Source of the DNA: an uncultured Acidobacteriota bacterium
GTDB taxonomy: Bacteria > Acidobacteriota > Polarisedimenticolia > J045
Length of the DNA stretch: 64,000 nt
Assembly: GCA_963702425.1 (NCBI GenBank)
Contig: CAVPCQ010000024.1
Span: forward strand, 32,001 to 96,000
Direction of reading: 5' to 3'
Shown: positions 29,345-47,589 of the stretch, piece by piece
Layout: each line of letters opens with the position of its first letter
How positions within the stretch are numbered: position 1 is the stretch's first letter
The notes under the pieces: model-generated
The model's input: only the letters and a program-made list of their open reading frames with translations
What the model was told of the DNA's origin: nothing
Database searches by the model: none
Position numbers and translations under genes: made by a program

Positions 29345-30438
29345 GTGCTGGTCTTCCTCGAGGCGGAAGGGGTCCGGAACCTCCGGCCCGCGAGGACTCC
29401 CCTCGATCCCGGCATGACGCTCGTCACCGGGCGGAACGCCCAGGGGAAGACCTCTTTCCTCGAGGCGGCATACATCCTCGCCACGACCCGTTCTTTCCGG
29501 GTCCGGGACACCCGCGAGGCGATCGCCAATGGGGCCGTTCTGGCCCGGGTCAAAGGGGGTCTCGGGGAGGCGCCGGAGGGGCCGCTCGAGCTCGGCTGCG
29601 GCTGGGGCCGGGAGCGTGGCGAGCGCCTTCTCACCGTGGGACAATTCGAGCGCAAGATACAGGATTATCTCGGGTTGCTTCCTGCGCTGGTGTTGACCGG
29701 TGAGAGCCTCCGAACGATCGCCGGCAGCCCTGCGGAGCGGCGGCGATTCGTCGATCGGGCGGTCGCCGCAGCGGATCCGGGATACGTCACCGCGCTGGGC
29801 GAGTACCGGCGCGCGCTGGCCCAGCGGAACCGGCTGCTCCGGGAGGGGCGCCCGGACCGGGAGATCGGCCCGTGGGACGAGGTGCTGGGGCGGACGGGAA
29901 CGGTCGTCGCCGACCGCCGGAAGCGGCAGGTCGAGGCGTGGCAGGAGGATCTCGGGGGCTGGCCGGAGTTGTTTCCCGAGGGGGCGACGGCGCGGCTCAC
30001 CTACCTCGAATCGGGCGCGGGAAAAGGCCGCGAGGGTGAGAGAATCCTCGATCGGCTGGCGCGCGTCCGGGAACGGGAACGGCGCTACGGAATGACGCTC
30101 GTCGGACCCCACCGCGACGATCTCGAGGTGGCAGCGGGAGGGCAGGACCTCCTTCGCCAGGGCTCGTCCGGGCAGGTGCGGGCGGCGCTCTCGGCGCTGC
30201 TCCTGGCGCAGGCCCGGCAGGTCCGGCGCCAGGCCGGCGGGAAGCAGCCGCTGCTGGTGCTCGACGACGTCGACACCGACCTCGACGCCGCGCGCTGCGA
30301 GGCGCTGCTCGCGGCCGCTCGGAGGGAAGGACAGGTGCTCGCCGCGACGAGCAAGCCCGACCTGTTGAACGCGACCGGCGCGCTGGTGTTGCTGATGGAG
30401 CAGGGCGAGGCGCGGGTCCGGGAGGCACGAGAGGCACG

Positions 30439-30442
<4 letters not shown>
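29345..30442 (+). CDS. recF: DNA replication/repair protein RecF
   Basis: [41 protein letters not shown]. Confidence 0.93.
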
Positions 30443-32896
<2,454 letters not shown>

Positions 32897-32906
32897 CGGG
32901 GAACGC

Positions 32907-35426
32907 ATGACGGAAGCGAATCAGCCGCCGCAGTTCACGGCGGTCAACATCCAGGACGAGCTGAAGACCTCGTACCTGGACTACGCGATGTCGGTGATCA
33001 TCGGCCGCGCCCTGCCCGACGTGCGCGACGGTCTCAAGCCGGTCCACCGGCGCGTGCTCTACGCGATGCAGCAGTCCGGCAACACCGCCGACCGGATCTA
33101 TCGCAAGAGCGCGAAGACCGTCGGCGAGGTGATCGGCAAGTTTCACCCGCACGGCGACCAGGCGGTCTACGACACGATCGTCCGGATGGCGCAGGACTTC
33201 TCGCTGCGCTACCCGTTGATCGACGGGCAGGGGAACTTCGGCTCGATCGACGGCGACCCGCCGGCGGCGATGCGGTACACCGAGATCCGCATGTCGCACC
33301 TGGCGGCGCTGATGCTCGAGGACTTCGACAAGGAGACCGTCGACTTCGGGCCGAACTACGACAGCACGGAGGACGAGCCGCTGGTCCTGCCCTCCGCGAT
33401 CCCGAACCTGCTGGCCAACGGCGCGGACGGGATCGCGGTCGGGATGGCGACCCGCATCCCGCCCCACAACCTGCGCGAGCTGATCGACGCCTGCGTGCAC
33501 CTGATCGTCAACCCCGACTGCACCGCCGCCGACCTGACGGAGTTCGTGCAGGGCCCGGACTTCCCGACCGCGGGCGAGATCTACGGTCGGGCCGGGATCC
33601 GGCAGGCGTATCTCACCGGCCGCGGCCGGATCCTGATGCGCGGCAAGATGGAGTTCGAGGAGGGGGCGAAGGGCTCGCGCGACCGGCTGGTGATCAGCGA
33701 GCTGCCGTTCCAGGTCAACAAGTCGCAGCTGATCGAGGAGATCGCCCAGCTGGTCCATGACAAGCGGATCGAGGGGATCGCCGACATCCGCGACGAGTCG
33801 GACCGCGACGGGATCCGCGTCGTGGTCGAGCTGCGCAAGGACGCGATCGCCAAGGTCGTGACCGCGAACCTGTTCAAGCAGACCAAGCTCCAGACGACCT
33901 TCGGCGCGATCTTCCTGGCGATCGTCTCCGGCCGGCCGCGCGTGCTCGACCTCAAGCAGATGCTGGTGCATTACGTGCGCCACCGGCGCGAGGTCGTGGT
34001 CCGGCGCACGCAGTACCTGCTGAAGCAGGCCGAGGCCCGGGCCCACATCCTGGAGGGGCTCAAGAAGGCGATCGACCTGCTCGACGAAGTCATCGCGCTG
34101 ATCCGAGCCGCCTCCGGGCCGCCGGAGGCCAAGCAGCAACTCGTCGAGCGCTTCGAGTTCAGCGAGATCCAGGCCCAGGCGATCCTCGACATGCGCCTGC
34201 AGCGCCTGACCCAGCTCGAACGCGAGAAGCTGCTGGAGGAGCTGGCGGAGCTGCTGGGCCTGATCGAGCGCTACCGCCAGATCCTGGGCTCGACCGCGAT
34301 GGTGGATCAGGTCGTGGTGGACGAGCTGAAGGCGATCCGCGAGAAGTTCGGCGACGAGCGCCGGACGGTGATCGTCGAGGACGAGGGGGAGATCGAGACC
34401 CTCGACATGATCCCCGACGAGAAGATCGTCGTGACGCTGTCCCACAAGGACTACGTCAAGCGCACGCCGCTGTCGGAGTACCGGACCCAGGGGCGCGGCG
34501 GCCAGGGGATCCGCCTGATGGAGGTCGGCGAGGAGGACTTCGTCGAACGCGTGCGGATCTGCTCGACGCACGATCTCTCGCTCTGGTTCACTTCGGAGGG
34601 GCGCGTTCACATTCTGCCGGTACACCACGTGCCGGAGTTCAGCCGCGCGGCCAAGGGAAAGGCGATCGTCAACCTGCTGGGGCTGAAGCCGGGCGAGAAG
34701 ATCCAGGGGCTGCTCGCGTTGCGCGACATGGACCAGCCCGGCCTCCACGTGATGACCGTCACGGAGCGTGGCGTCGTCAAGCGGACCGAGCTGTCGGCCT
34801 ACGCCAACATCCGCAGCGGCGGGATCATCGCCCTCTCGCTCGACGAAGGGGACCGCCTGATCGCGGTCCACCTGGTCCGCGACAGCGACCATCTGTTCAT
34901 CGCCACGCGGGACGGGATGGCGATCCGTTTCCCGGTGACGGAAGTCCGGTCGATGGGACGCACGGCGCGCGGCGTGCGCGGGATCGACCTGCGCGAAGGG
35001 GACGCGGTGGTCAGCGCGCTCGTGCCGTCGCCGGGCGAGGACATCCTGACGGTCGCGCTGCACGGCTACGGCAAGCGGACCGAGCTGGACGAGTACCGGC
35101 CGCAGGGTCGCGGCGGGCTCGGGCTGATCAACCTCAACGTCGGCGAGCGCACCGGCCCGGTGGTGGCGGTCCTGTCGGTGCTCGGGTCGGACGAGATCGT
35201 GGTCGCGACCCGGCAGGGGATGGTCATCCGGACCCCCGTCGAGCAGGACGAGAACACCAGGATCAGCCGGCTCGGGCGCGCGACGCAGGGCGTGCGGGTG
35301 ATCCGGCTCAAGGAAGACGACGAGGTCGTGTCGGTGACCCGGCACACCGCCGTGCAGGAAGACGCGCCGGAAGAAGACGTCCCGGGCGCGGGTCCGGACG
35401 GACCGGAAGGGGAGACCAACGCATGA
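32907..35426 (+). CDS. gyrA: DNA gyrase subunit A
   Basis: [29 protein letters not shown], GyrA-box-like QGRGGQG, C-terminal pinwheel repeats. Confidence 0.97.
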   Translation: MTEANQPPQFTAVNIQDELKTSYLDYAMSVIIGRALPDVRDGLKPVHRRVLYAMQQSGNTADRIYRKSAKTVGEVIGKFHPHGDQAVYDTIVRMAQDFSLRYPLIDGQGNFGSIDGDPPAAMRYTEIRMSHLAALMLEDFDKETVDFGPNYDSTEDEPLVLPSAIPNLLANGADGIAVGMATRIPPHNLRELIDACVHLIVNPDCTAADLTEFVQGPDFPTAGEIYGRAGIRQAYLTGRGRILMRGKMEFEEGAKGSRDRLVISELPFQVNKSQLIEEIAQLVHDKRIEGIADIRDESDRDGIRVVVELRKDAIAKVVTANLFKQTKLQTTFGAIFLAIVSGRPRVLDLKQMLVHYVRHRREVVVRRTQYLLKQAEARAHILEGLKKAIDLLDEVIALIRAASGPPEAKQQLVERFEFSEIQAQAILDMRLQRLTQLEREKLLEELAELLGLIERYRQILGSTAMVDQVVVDELKAIREKFGDERRTVIVEDEGEIETLDMIPDEKIVVTLSHKDYVKRTPLSEYRTQGRGGQGIRLMEVGEEDFVERVRICSTHDLSLWFTSEGRVHILPVHHVPEFSRAAKGKAIVNLLGLKPGEKIQGLLALRDMDQPGLHVMTVTERGVVKRTELSAYANIRSGGIIALSLDEGDRLIAVHLVRDSDHLFIATRDGMAIRFPVTEVRSMGRTARGVRGIDLREGDAVVSALVPSPGEDILTVALHGYGKRTELDEYRPQGRGGLGLINLNVGERTGPVVAVLSVLGSDEIVVATRQGMVIRTPVEQDENTRISRLGRATQGVRVIRLKEDDEVVSVTRHTAVQEDAPEEDVPGAGPDGPEGETNA

Positions 35427-36070
35427 AGTTCTTCATCGACACTGCCGACGTCCGCGAGATCCGCGAGGCCGCCGCGCTGGGCGTGCTGGACGGCGTGACG
35501 ACCAACCCGTCCCTCGTGGCCAAGACCGGCCGGCCGTTCCGCGTGGTGCTGGACGAGATCCTGTCGATCGTCGACGGCCCGGTCAGCGCGGAGGTCACGG
35601 CGACCGATTTCGACGGGATGGTGCGCGAGGCACAGGAGCTGCACGCGATCCACAAGAACATCGTCGTCAAGATCCCGATCATCGAGTCCGGCCTCAAGGC
35701 CGTGAAGTGGTGCTCGGACCACGGGATCCGGACCAACGTGACGCTCTGCTTCCAGGCCTGCCAGGCGCTGCTCGCGGCCAAGGCCGGCGCGAGCTACATC
35801 AGCCCGTTCGTGGGCCGGCTGGATGACATCTCCGAGGACGGGATGGCGCTGATCGGCCAGATCCGTCAGATCTACGACAACTACGACTACCCGACCGAGA
35901 TCCTGGCAGCGAGCATCCGCCACCCGGTGCACGTCGTGCAGGCAGCGATGATGGGGGCCGACGTCGCGACGATCCCCTACGGCGTGATCGCGCAACTGCT
36001 CAAGCACCCGCTCACCGACAGCGGCCTGGCGAAGTTCCTCGACGATTGGAAGAAGGTACCAAAACCGTAG
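35423..36070 (+). CDS. tal: Transaldolase / fructose-6-phosphate aldolase (short type)
   Basis: [44 protein letters not shown]. Confidence 0.92.
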   Translation: MKFFIDTADVREIREAAALGVLDGVTTNPSLVAKTGRPFRVVLDEILSIVDGPVSAEVTATDFDGMVREAQELHAIHKNIVVKIPIIESGLKAVKWCSDHGIRTNVTLCFQACQALLAAKAGASYISPFVGRLDDISEDGMALIGQIRQIYDNYDYPTEILAASIRHPVHVVQAAMMGADVATIPYGVIAQLLKHPLTDSGLAKFLDDWKKVPKP

Positions 36071-36133
36071 GGGCCGGCCTCCGTGCCGGCTCCGCATGGC
36101 GCCGTTCGGGCCGGCACAGAGGCCGGCCCCTAC
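36067..36133. repeat. GTAG-family REP doublet (inverted pair)
   Basis: GTAGGGGCCGGCCTCCGTGCCGGCTC ... GGGCCGGCACAGAGGCCGGCCCCTAC; arms match at 24 of 26 positions; overlaps the tal stop codon. Confidence 0.75.
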
Positions 36134-36171
36134 AGGGAGCACAGGGCACCGCCGGGCCCGAAAGGGGACGC

Positions 36172-37713
<1,542 letters not shown>

Positions 37714-37763
37714 GAGAGCCAGGAGAGCCCCTGTGAGAGATCCGCAATGAGAAAGGGCGCCCG

Positions 37764-39280
<1,517 letters not shown>

Positions 39281-39284
<4 letters not shown>

Positions 39285-39838
39285 AGCTCCGCGGCGTGAT
39301 CGACGGCAGGCAACAGGAGATCGAGCTCGAGCCGACCGAGGGGGGATACATGGTGACCCTCGACGGCAAGACGCACGAAGTCGACTGCGCCGACCTGGAG
39401 GCCTCGTTCTACTCGCTCATCATCGAGGGGAAGTCCTACGAGATCTCGGTGCGCGAAAGCGGCCCCGACGAGTACGCGGTGCGGCACGGCGGCTCCCTCC
39501 GGACCGTCCGAATCGTCGACCCGATGGCGGCGATCGCCGGCGCGAACCTCGTGCAGACCGGCACGATCACCGTCAAGGCGATCATGCCGGGGCGCGTGGT
39601 CAAGGTCCTCGTCGAGGAGGGGGACGAGGTCGACGAAGGGCAGGGGCTGATCGTGCTCGAGGCGATGAAGATGGAGAACGAGGTCGGAGCGCCGCGCCGC
39701 GGCAGGGTGCAGTCACTGTCCGTTCAGTCGGGACAAACACTCGAGGCCGGCGACAGAATCGCCGTCATCGAGCTAACGGGCCGCCGGGCGGAGCCCCCGC
39801 GTGGGAAGCGCCGCGCCGGCGCCGGGATCAGTGATTGA
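39281..39838 (+). CDS. Biotin carboxyl carrier subunit (true stop possibly about 39776)
   Basis: MPGRVVKV and EAMKMENE biotinylation motif; the atypical tail after RIAVIE may reflect one extra base before TAA at 39774. Confidence 0.88.
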
Positions 39839-40103
39839 GGAGCTCTTCCAGTTCCTTGCTGGGGCGGAAGAGAACCGTCACCTTCGGGGGGATCTCGATC
39901 GTCGCGCCGGTCTGCGGGTTGCGCCCGGTGCGTGCCTTCCGCTTGCGTGCGGTGAAGGTGCCGAAACCAACCAGCGCCGTCCGCTCACCCTTCCGCAGCG
40001 ACGCCGCGACTCCCTCGATAATCGACTCGATGGCTCGCGCGGCGGCGACCTTGGTGATGCCGGCGTCCTGAGAGATCTTGTCGATCAACTCGGCCTTGTT
40101 CAT
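39828..40103 (-). CDS. hup: HU family DNA-binding protein
   Basis: MNKAELI, GFGTF, ARTGRNPQTG, FRPSKEL. Confidence 0.95.
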   Translation of the reverse strand: MNKAELIDKISQDAGITKVAAARAIESIIEGVAASLRKGERTALVGFGTFTARKRKARTGRNPQTGATIEIPPKVTVLFRPSKELEELLNH

Positions 40104-40253
40104 GACGACCCTCCCCGGTCTTCGGGCGGGAATACCGCCCCGGCCGCGCTCGCGAGCGCTCGCCGACCGGTTGTCTAGCACGACGGTTGCCGGCGGGTCA
40201 ACGGGAAATGGGGTGAAAATGGCCGTCCTGCGGGCCTTCCGGGAGAACTGACC

Positions 40254-41015
40254 GTGGATCGAAAGACACTCGCCAAGCTGCTCGCCGCCGTCCGAGGGGG
40301 AAGGGTGACCGCCGATGAGGCCCTGGCGCGGCTCGACGCCCTCGCCACCGGCGAGCTCGGGTTCGCCCGGATCGACCACCGCCGGACCCTGCGCCGAGGG
40401 ATCCCCGAGGTCATCTTCGGCGAAGGAAAGGCGCCGGCCCAGGTCGAGGAGATCGCAGCCCATATAGCCGGCCGGGGTGGCACCGTCCTGGTCACCCGGA
40501 TCGGCCCGGAGATCGGCGAGCGGTTGAAGCGCCGCCTCCCGGCCGGGACCCACGACCCGGTCTCGCGGACCTTCCTGCTGCGCGAAAAGAGCCGCCGCCG
40601 CCCCCTGCCGGGCCTGCTCGTGATCAGCGCCGGGACCGCGGACATCCCGGTGGCCGAGGAAGCGGCGGTCACGGCGGAGGCCTTCGGACTCGGCGTGGAC
40701 AGGCTCTACGACGTGGGAGTCGCCGGGATCCACCGGCTCTTCGAGCACCTCGAGCGGCTGCGCGAGGCGAAAGTGCTCGTGGTCGTCGCCGGGATGGAGG
40801 GGGCGCTGCCGTCGGTCGTCGCCGGACTGGTCGAAGCCCCGGTGATCGGCGTGCCGACCGCGGTGGGATATGGGGCGGCGCTCGAAGGGTTCACGGCGCT
40901 GTTCGCGATGCTGACCTCCTGCGCGGGCGGATTGACCGTCGTCAACATCGGCAACGGATTCGGGGCTGCGTGTGCGGCTCATGCGATCCTCCGCGGGCGA
41001 AGCGGACGTCGTTGA
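40254..41015 (+). CDS. larB: Nickel-pincer cofactor biosynthesis protein LarB (PurE-like)
   Basis: RRGIPEVIFGEGK, SAGTADIPVAEEA, DVGVAGIHRL, AGMEGALPSVV, VVNIGNGFGAA. Confidence 0.9.
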   Translation: MDRKTLAKLLAAVRGGRVTADEALARLDALATGELGFARIDHRRTLRRGIPEVIFGEGKAPAQVEEIAAHIAGRGGTVLVTRIGPEIGERLKRRLPAGTHDPVSRTFLLREKSRRRPLPGLLVISAGTADIPVAEEAAVTAEAFGLGVDRLYDVGVAGIHRLFEHLERLREAKVLVVVAGMEGALPSVVAGLVEAPVIGVPTAVGYGAALEGFTALFAMLTSCAGGLTVVNIGNGFGAACAAHAILRGRSGRR

Positions 41016-41074
41016 CCAGGGACGGTCATGGTCAAGTTCCCGCGCGGAGAGGGGGAAGTCCCCGCGAAATACCT

Positions 41075-41103
41075 TTGCGCGGGCGAAAGCCTGTCGGTAA
41101 GAT
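41075..41103 (+). promoter_or_regulatory. Putative sigma70 promoter for dnaG-rpoD
   Basis: TTGCGC-N17-TAAGAT in the intergenic region upstream of dnaG. Confidence 0.4.
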
Positions 41104-41277
41104 TCTGGCAATCAAGGGGTTCAGCGGGGGCCCGGAGGATGGCCCCCGTGTGCGCAGGGGTCGGGGGATGCTCGGCGGAACGGTCGACACGGGACGCCGC
41201 GCGCACCCGGGAAGCGGTCCTCACAGGTGCCGGTGCACAGGCCGGTGCCGATTGGCTTGTTCAGGGCTGGGAGGACG

Positions 41278-43107
41278 ATGGCTCCGGTCGGCTACCGCGA
41301 ATACAGCGATTCGGTGCGCGCCGGCGCGGACATCGTCGATGTCGTGTCGGAGGTCGTGTCGCTGCGCAAGAGCGGGCGCTCGCTGACCGGGCTCTGCCCG
41401 TTCCACCAGGAGAAGACCCCCAGCTTCCACGTCGATCCGGTCAAGCAGGTCTACTTCTGCTTCGGCTGCCGCGCCGGAGGAGACGTTTTCGACTTCGTGA
41501 TGTCGCTGCACGGCGTCCCCTTCCCCGAGGCCGTGCGGCTGCTCGGCGACAAGCTGGGGATTGCCCCCCCCGCGCCGCGTAACCCGGCCGAGGCGGAGAC
41601 GGACCGCCGCCGCCGGCGCGTGCTGGAGGCGCTCGCCGAGGCCCAGGCCTTCTACACCGCGCGGCTCTTCGGCGAAGGGGGCGAAGGGGCACGGGGCTAT
41701 CTGGAGCGGCGCGGGCTGGCCGGGGAGGCGGCGCGCACGTTCGGGCTGGGTTTCGCCCCGCCCGGATGGGACGGCCTGCTGCGGCACCTCGTCGCGAAGG
41801 GGTTCCAGCCGGAAGATCTGGTGCAGGCCGGGATGGTCGTGCCGCGGCCATCGGGGAGCGGCGTCTACGACCGTTTCCGCGCGCGGGTGACCTTCCCGAT
41901 CCGCGACTCCGCGGGGCGGGTGATCTCGTTCGGCGGGCGCGCCGTCGACGACGACGAACCGAAGTACCTGAACGGCCCCGAGACCGCCGCCTACGACAAG
42001 GGGCGCACCCTCTTCCGGCTCTTCGAGTCGGCGCAGGAGATCCGCCAGGCGGAGCGCGCGGTCGTGGTCGAGGGCTATTTCGACGCGGTCAGCCTCGCGG
42101 CCGCCGGCGTACCCGGGGTCGTCGCGGTCTGCGGCACGGCGCTGGGCCCCGAGCACGTGAAGCTGCTGCACCGCTGGACACCGCGCGTCGTGCTGTTCTT
42201 CGACGGCGATGGCGCCGGGCGGCGCGCGACGCACGCCGCGCTCTCGCCGCTGCTCGCCGCGGGGATGACGGTGACGGTCGCGACCGCGCCGGACGGATTG
42301 GATCCGGACGACCTCGCGCGGCGTCACGGGAAAGAGGCGGCGCTCGCAGCGGTGGAAGGCGCCGCGGATCTGCCGACCTTCCTCGTCGACGAGGCACGCC
42401 GGAACTACCCGGTGGCGACGCTCGAAGGGAAGCTGGCGGCGCTGGAGATGGTGTTGGCGCACCTGTCGCACCTCCCCAACTCCGTCGCGCGCACCGAGAT
42501 CATGTCCAAGGTGGCCGACGGCCTTTCGATCGAGGACGCACTCTTCCGCCAGGAGTTGCGGCGGGTCGCCTCCGAGCGGCGGCGCGAGGTGCGGGCCCCG
42601 GCCGCGGCGGCGACCGTTGGTGCAAGACGGATGACCCACGCGGAGGAAGTCGTCGTACGTTTCCTCGGGGGCCGGGCGCACGCTGCGGACGCGGACGTCG
42701 CGGAAGTCGTTGCGGCGATCGAAGACGTCGACGCCGCCCACCTCGGCGAGCTCGGCGGAGTTCTCGTGCGGCGCTGGTGCGAGGCGTTCAAGCGCGGCGA
42801 GCACTGGGACCTCCGGCGGATCGCCGAAGCCGCCCCCGAGGAGGCGCGCGCGGAGGTCCTGGCGCTGGCATTCGCGCCCGGCGAGGAGCCGGGAGCGGCG
42901 GAAGCCCGCGGTGCGCTGGCCGCGATGCACGGCCGCGTGCTGGGCCTCCGGCTGCGCGAGGTGCAGGAGGAGATCGAGCGCACGGCCGACCCGGCCGCGC
43001 GCTCGCAGTTGATGCTCGAGAAGGTGTCACTGGCCAGGGAGATGCAGGGGCTCGGCGCGCCGGAGGGGAGACCGGAAGCGAGCCCCGCGCACGGAGGAGG
43101 GCACTAG
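41278..43107 (+). CDS. dnaG: DNA primase
   Basis: CPFHQEKTPSF, CFGC, FGGR, PKYLNGPET, VEGYFD, FDGDGAG, DPDD. Confidence 0.96.
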   Translation: MAPVGYREYSDSVRAGADIVDVVSEVVSLRKSGRSLTGLCPFHQEKTPSFHVDPVKQVYFCFGCRAGGDVFDFVMSLHGVPFPEAVRLLGDKLGIAPPAPRNPAEAETDRRRRRVLEALAEAQAFYTARLFGEGGEGARGYLERRGLAGEAARTFGLGFAPPGWDGLLRHLVAKGFQPEDLVQAGMVVPRPSGSGVYDRFRARVTFPIRDSAGRVISFGGRAVDDDEPKYLNGPETAAYDKGRTLFRLFESAQEIRQAERAVVVEGYFDAVSLAAAGVPGVVAVCGTALGPEHVKLLHRWTPRVVLFFDGDGAGRRATHAALSPLLAAGMTVTVATAPDGLDPDDLARRHGKEAALAAVEGAADLPTFLVDEARRNYPVATLEGKLAALEMVLAHLSHLPNSVARTEIMSKVADGLSIEDALFRQELRRVASERRREVRAPAAAATVGARRMTHAEEVVVRFLGGRAHAADADVAEVVAAIEDVDAAHLGELGGVLVRRWCEAFKRGEHWDLRRIAEAAPEEARAEVLALAFAPGEEPGAAEARGALAAMHGRVLGLRLREVQEEIERTADPAARSQLMLEKVSLAREMQGLGAPEGRPEASPAHGGGH

Positions 43108-43274
43108 GGAGAGCTGGAGCAGGACCCGTCCGGTCCGACGAACCCAGGGACGGTCGGACACGGAGCGCGGCAACCAGGTACGAGCCCAACGAACGGGAAG
43201 GACACAGACGACGCGGAGTGTTCACGGCGGCCGGGATCGGCACGACGGCCGGCGCGTGTCGCAGGAGATGAACC

Positions 43275-45005
<1,731 letters not shown>

Positions 45006-45030
45006 CGTGGCCATCGCCTGAGACGCCGTG

Positions 45031-45064
45031 CGGGCGCCCTGGAGACGGGGCGCCCGTTTTCTTT
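45031..45064 (+). terminator. Rho-independent terminator after rpoD
   Basis: CGGGCGCCC...GGGCGCCCG hairpin followed by TTTTCTTT. Confidence 0.8.
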
Positions 45065-46941
45065 CAGGGGCAGCTCGCGAGCCGCTGGGGCAGGCAGGAG
45101 GCGGGCCCGGGCGGTCGTTCGGCCCCGCGGCTGTCGGTCCCCAGCGAGCCCTCCCACCCGCCGTGCAGCGGCGCAATGAGGTAGTAGGTGCTCCCTTCCG
45201 CCGCGAGACCGGTGAACTCGGTCGCGCCCGCGGTCGAGCAAGTCATCGGGATCTGCTCGTAGAACGCGCCCAGCGATCCTTCGTACACGGCGTAGTCGGT
45301 GTCGCCGGCGCGGCACGAAGGCGCCCAGCGCAGCGTCACCTGCCCGCCCGCGGCGCGCTCGACGGTCAGCGGTCGCGCGGGCCAGGAGCTTCCGTCCGGG
45401 ACGCGGCCCGCGCCGGTCTGCCCGAGGATGTCGGCGAGCGCCTCGTACGACGTGTCGAACAGCGCCTGGTCGAGCGGGTAGTGGTAGCTGTCGCGGAACG
45501 TCGCGGAGAGGTCCTCGCCCGCGGCGGCGCTGACCAGCGCGGCGAAGACGGTGTGCCGGTCGGCGTCGTCCTCGATCCCGCAGAGCACGGGGCCGAGCGA
45601 TTCGACCCGGACCGGCTCCAGCGGGGCGAAGAAGCGCGCGGCGAAGCCGAAGACGTCGGAACCGGCGTGGTGCAGCCACAGGCCGTCGACGATGTTCGGG
45701 TCGAGAAGCCCGAAGTCGGCCCCGGCGGCCAGCCACGCCCCGAAATCGTCCCGGAACCGCTGCGAGTCGCTGTCGCAGACCAGGGCCAGCGAGCTCCGGG
45801 CCGTCGTCCCGAGCGGGTAGTGGAGCGGGTTGTCGAGGATCCGGCGCATGTCGGCCAGCGCGAGCGTCGACGCCATGCCCTCGGAGTAGACGAAGGTCCC
45901 CAGCATCCGCGCGAAGAGCGAGGACGACCACGAGAAGTTGTGGCCCAGCTCGTGGTGGAAGACGAACCACTGCGGGCTGCGGGGCTGCTGGAACGGGACG
46001 AGGAAGCAGTTCTGCCAGGCGTTCCCCTCGATGTTCCAGCCCAGCCGGATCGGGTTGCCGGAGATCCCGCAGACGCGCCCCTCCTCCGTGACGCCGAAGT
46101 CGACCTCGAAGACCTGGCGGCAGCCGTTGTTCGGCTCGATCGCGAGCAGGTTCCCCTGGATCGCGTGGGCGTAGCCGTTGACCGCCGGGATCTCGTGCTG
46201 CGCAACCAGGGTGCCGAGGTTCTCGCCCTTCACGACCATCGGGTAGTAGAGAACGGCCTTGCCGGCGATCGCTTCGGCGAACGGGACAGCGTAGTCCTGC
46301 GGCAGGACGCGGATCACGCTCGTGTTGGCGGCCGGCCGCCCCTCGGTCGTCAGCGTCGCCGACGCCCAGGCGCCGATCTCGGCCGGGCCCTCCGAACGGA
46401 GCGCCGTGACCAAGCCGTCTTCGGCGATCGAGGCCAGGGTTGCGTCGCCGGGGTCAAACGAGAGCGGTTCGGGCGCCGGCGCGCCGGCCGCGTCGCGCAA
46501 GTGCAGCGGGACCGAGCTCGTGGCGTCGTCGACGAGGTGCATGTTGTAAGGGTAAAGGTAGCGGCACGGCGCCGCCGCGTGACACGGCGGTGCCGAGTCC
46601 GTCGGACACCCGGAGCCCTCGGCCCCAGCGACGACGGCGACCGTCGTCTCGACCTCGCTGGTGCAGCCGACCGCGGACACCGTGATCTCGTAGATGCCGT
46701 CGACGGCGTAGCGGTGTGAGGCGGGGAACCAGCTGATGCTCCTGGTCCCGTCCCCCCAGTCCCAGACCAGGTCCCAGAGCTGCCCGTCGCTGTCGTGGAC
46801 GTAGCCGTTGACCCGGACCCAGCCGCAGGCGCACGGCTCAGGCGCGGACAGGATGAGCGTGATGTCGTCGCTTCTGGCCGAACCGGTGCCGAGGGAAGTC
46901 ACGATGAGCAGGGAGCAAGCGAGGGTTGCGAGGCGCCTCAT
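45064..46941 (-). CDS. Secreted PKD-domain zinc metallopeptidase (gluzincin-like) with Cys-rich C-terminal domain
   Basis: Signal peptide MRRLATLACSLL; PKD WDWGDG..HRY..G.Y; HHELGH (HExxH) followed by SEGMA. Confidence 0.75.
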   Translation of the reverse strand: MRRLATLACSLLIVTSLGTGSARSDDITLILSAPEPCACGWVRVNGYVHDSDGQLWDLVWDWGDGTRSISWFPASHRYAVDGIYEITVSAVGCTSEVETTVAVVAGAEGSGCPTDSAPPCHAAAPCRYLYPYNMHLVDDATSSVPLHLRDAAGAPAPEPLSFDPGDATLASIAEDGLVTALRSEGPAEIGAWASATLTTEGRPAANTSVIRVLPQDYAVPFAEAIAGKAVLYYPMVVKGENLGTLVAQHEIPAVNGYAHAIQGNLLAIEPNNGCRQVFEVDFGVTEEGRVCGISGNPIRLGWNIEGNAWQNCFLVPFQQPRSPQWFVFHHELGHNFSWSSSLFARMLGTFVYSEGMASTLALADMRRILDNPLHYPLGTTARSSLALVCDSDSQRFRDDFGAWLAAGADFGLLDPNIVDGLWLHHAGSDVFGFAARFFAPLEPVRVESLGPVLCGIEDDADRHTVFAALVSAAAGEDLSATFRDSYHYPLDQALFDTSYEALADILGQTGAGRVPDGSSWPARPLTVERAAGGQVTLRWAPSCRAGDTDYAVYEGSLGAFYEQIPMTCSTAGATEFTGLAAEGSTYYLIAPLHGGWEGSLGTDSRGAERPPGPASCLPQRLASCP

Positions 46942-47480
46942 CGTCGTCCTCCCCGGCTCGCTCTCGAGCGGACGGAGATCGCGATGTCGATGAGCCGGTC
47001 CCGGTCCGAGCGAGGAACGAGCCGCCGCGTGAGCGGGCTGCTGACGCGGGATGAAGGTACGCCCCCAGCCCACGAAAGCAACGGAGTGCGATGGCGGCGG
47101 CGCAGGGCGCAGGCGCAGTCCGGAGGTTCGCGCCGCCCGGGGCCGGAAGCGCCCGCCCTTGCTCGGGCCATCGTGGCCCCGGACACCGGGCCTGGCGGAG
47201 GTCGCTTCCGACCGGCGTGCGTGCTTGTTCGCCCGCTACGCGGACCTGCCCGATCCGGCGGACAACACCGGGCGAAAGGGGGTCCGGAGCAGGGTAAGCG
47301 TTGACTCTCCAGAGGGTTGAGGGGTACAAGGACCCCGGGGTGCGCCCGCTTGGGCGACAGTCTCGCCGCCCGAAGTGGGTTAACCCGACCGCTCATCGCT
47401 GCGGGGCGCAACCGGTTGGCGGGTTGTGGTACGGGGACTGAGTGGCGCTGCCTCCCTGCGCGAGCAGGTCTTGGCGGGGC

Positions 47481-47573
47481 ACCTAGCTTTGGATTGCCGC
47501 TGACGGGCGCGCCGGCTGCTTTGGCAAAGCGAACGAACGCGGGCGCGCCCGCAGGTGATCGCGAACGTCATGC
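47481..47573 (+). repeat. attC-like site (degenerate)
   Basis: ACCTAGC...TTGCCGCTGACGGGCGCGCC...GGCGCGCCCGCAGGTGA...GTCATGC. Confidence 0.5.
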
Positions 47574-47589
47574 AGAAGGCGAGTGCGCC

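Noticed and set aside
41028-41277. ORF 41028..41582 or an rpsU gene upstream of dnaG
   Set aside because: No S21-like sequence; the ORF overlaps dnaG out of frame and the region looks like a promoter/leader.
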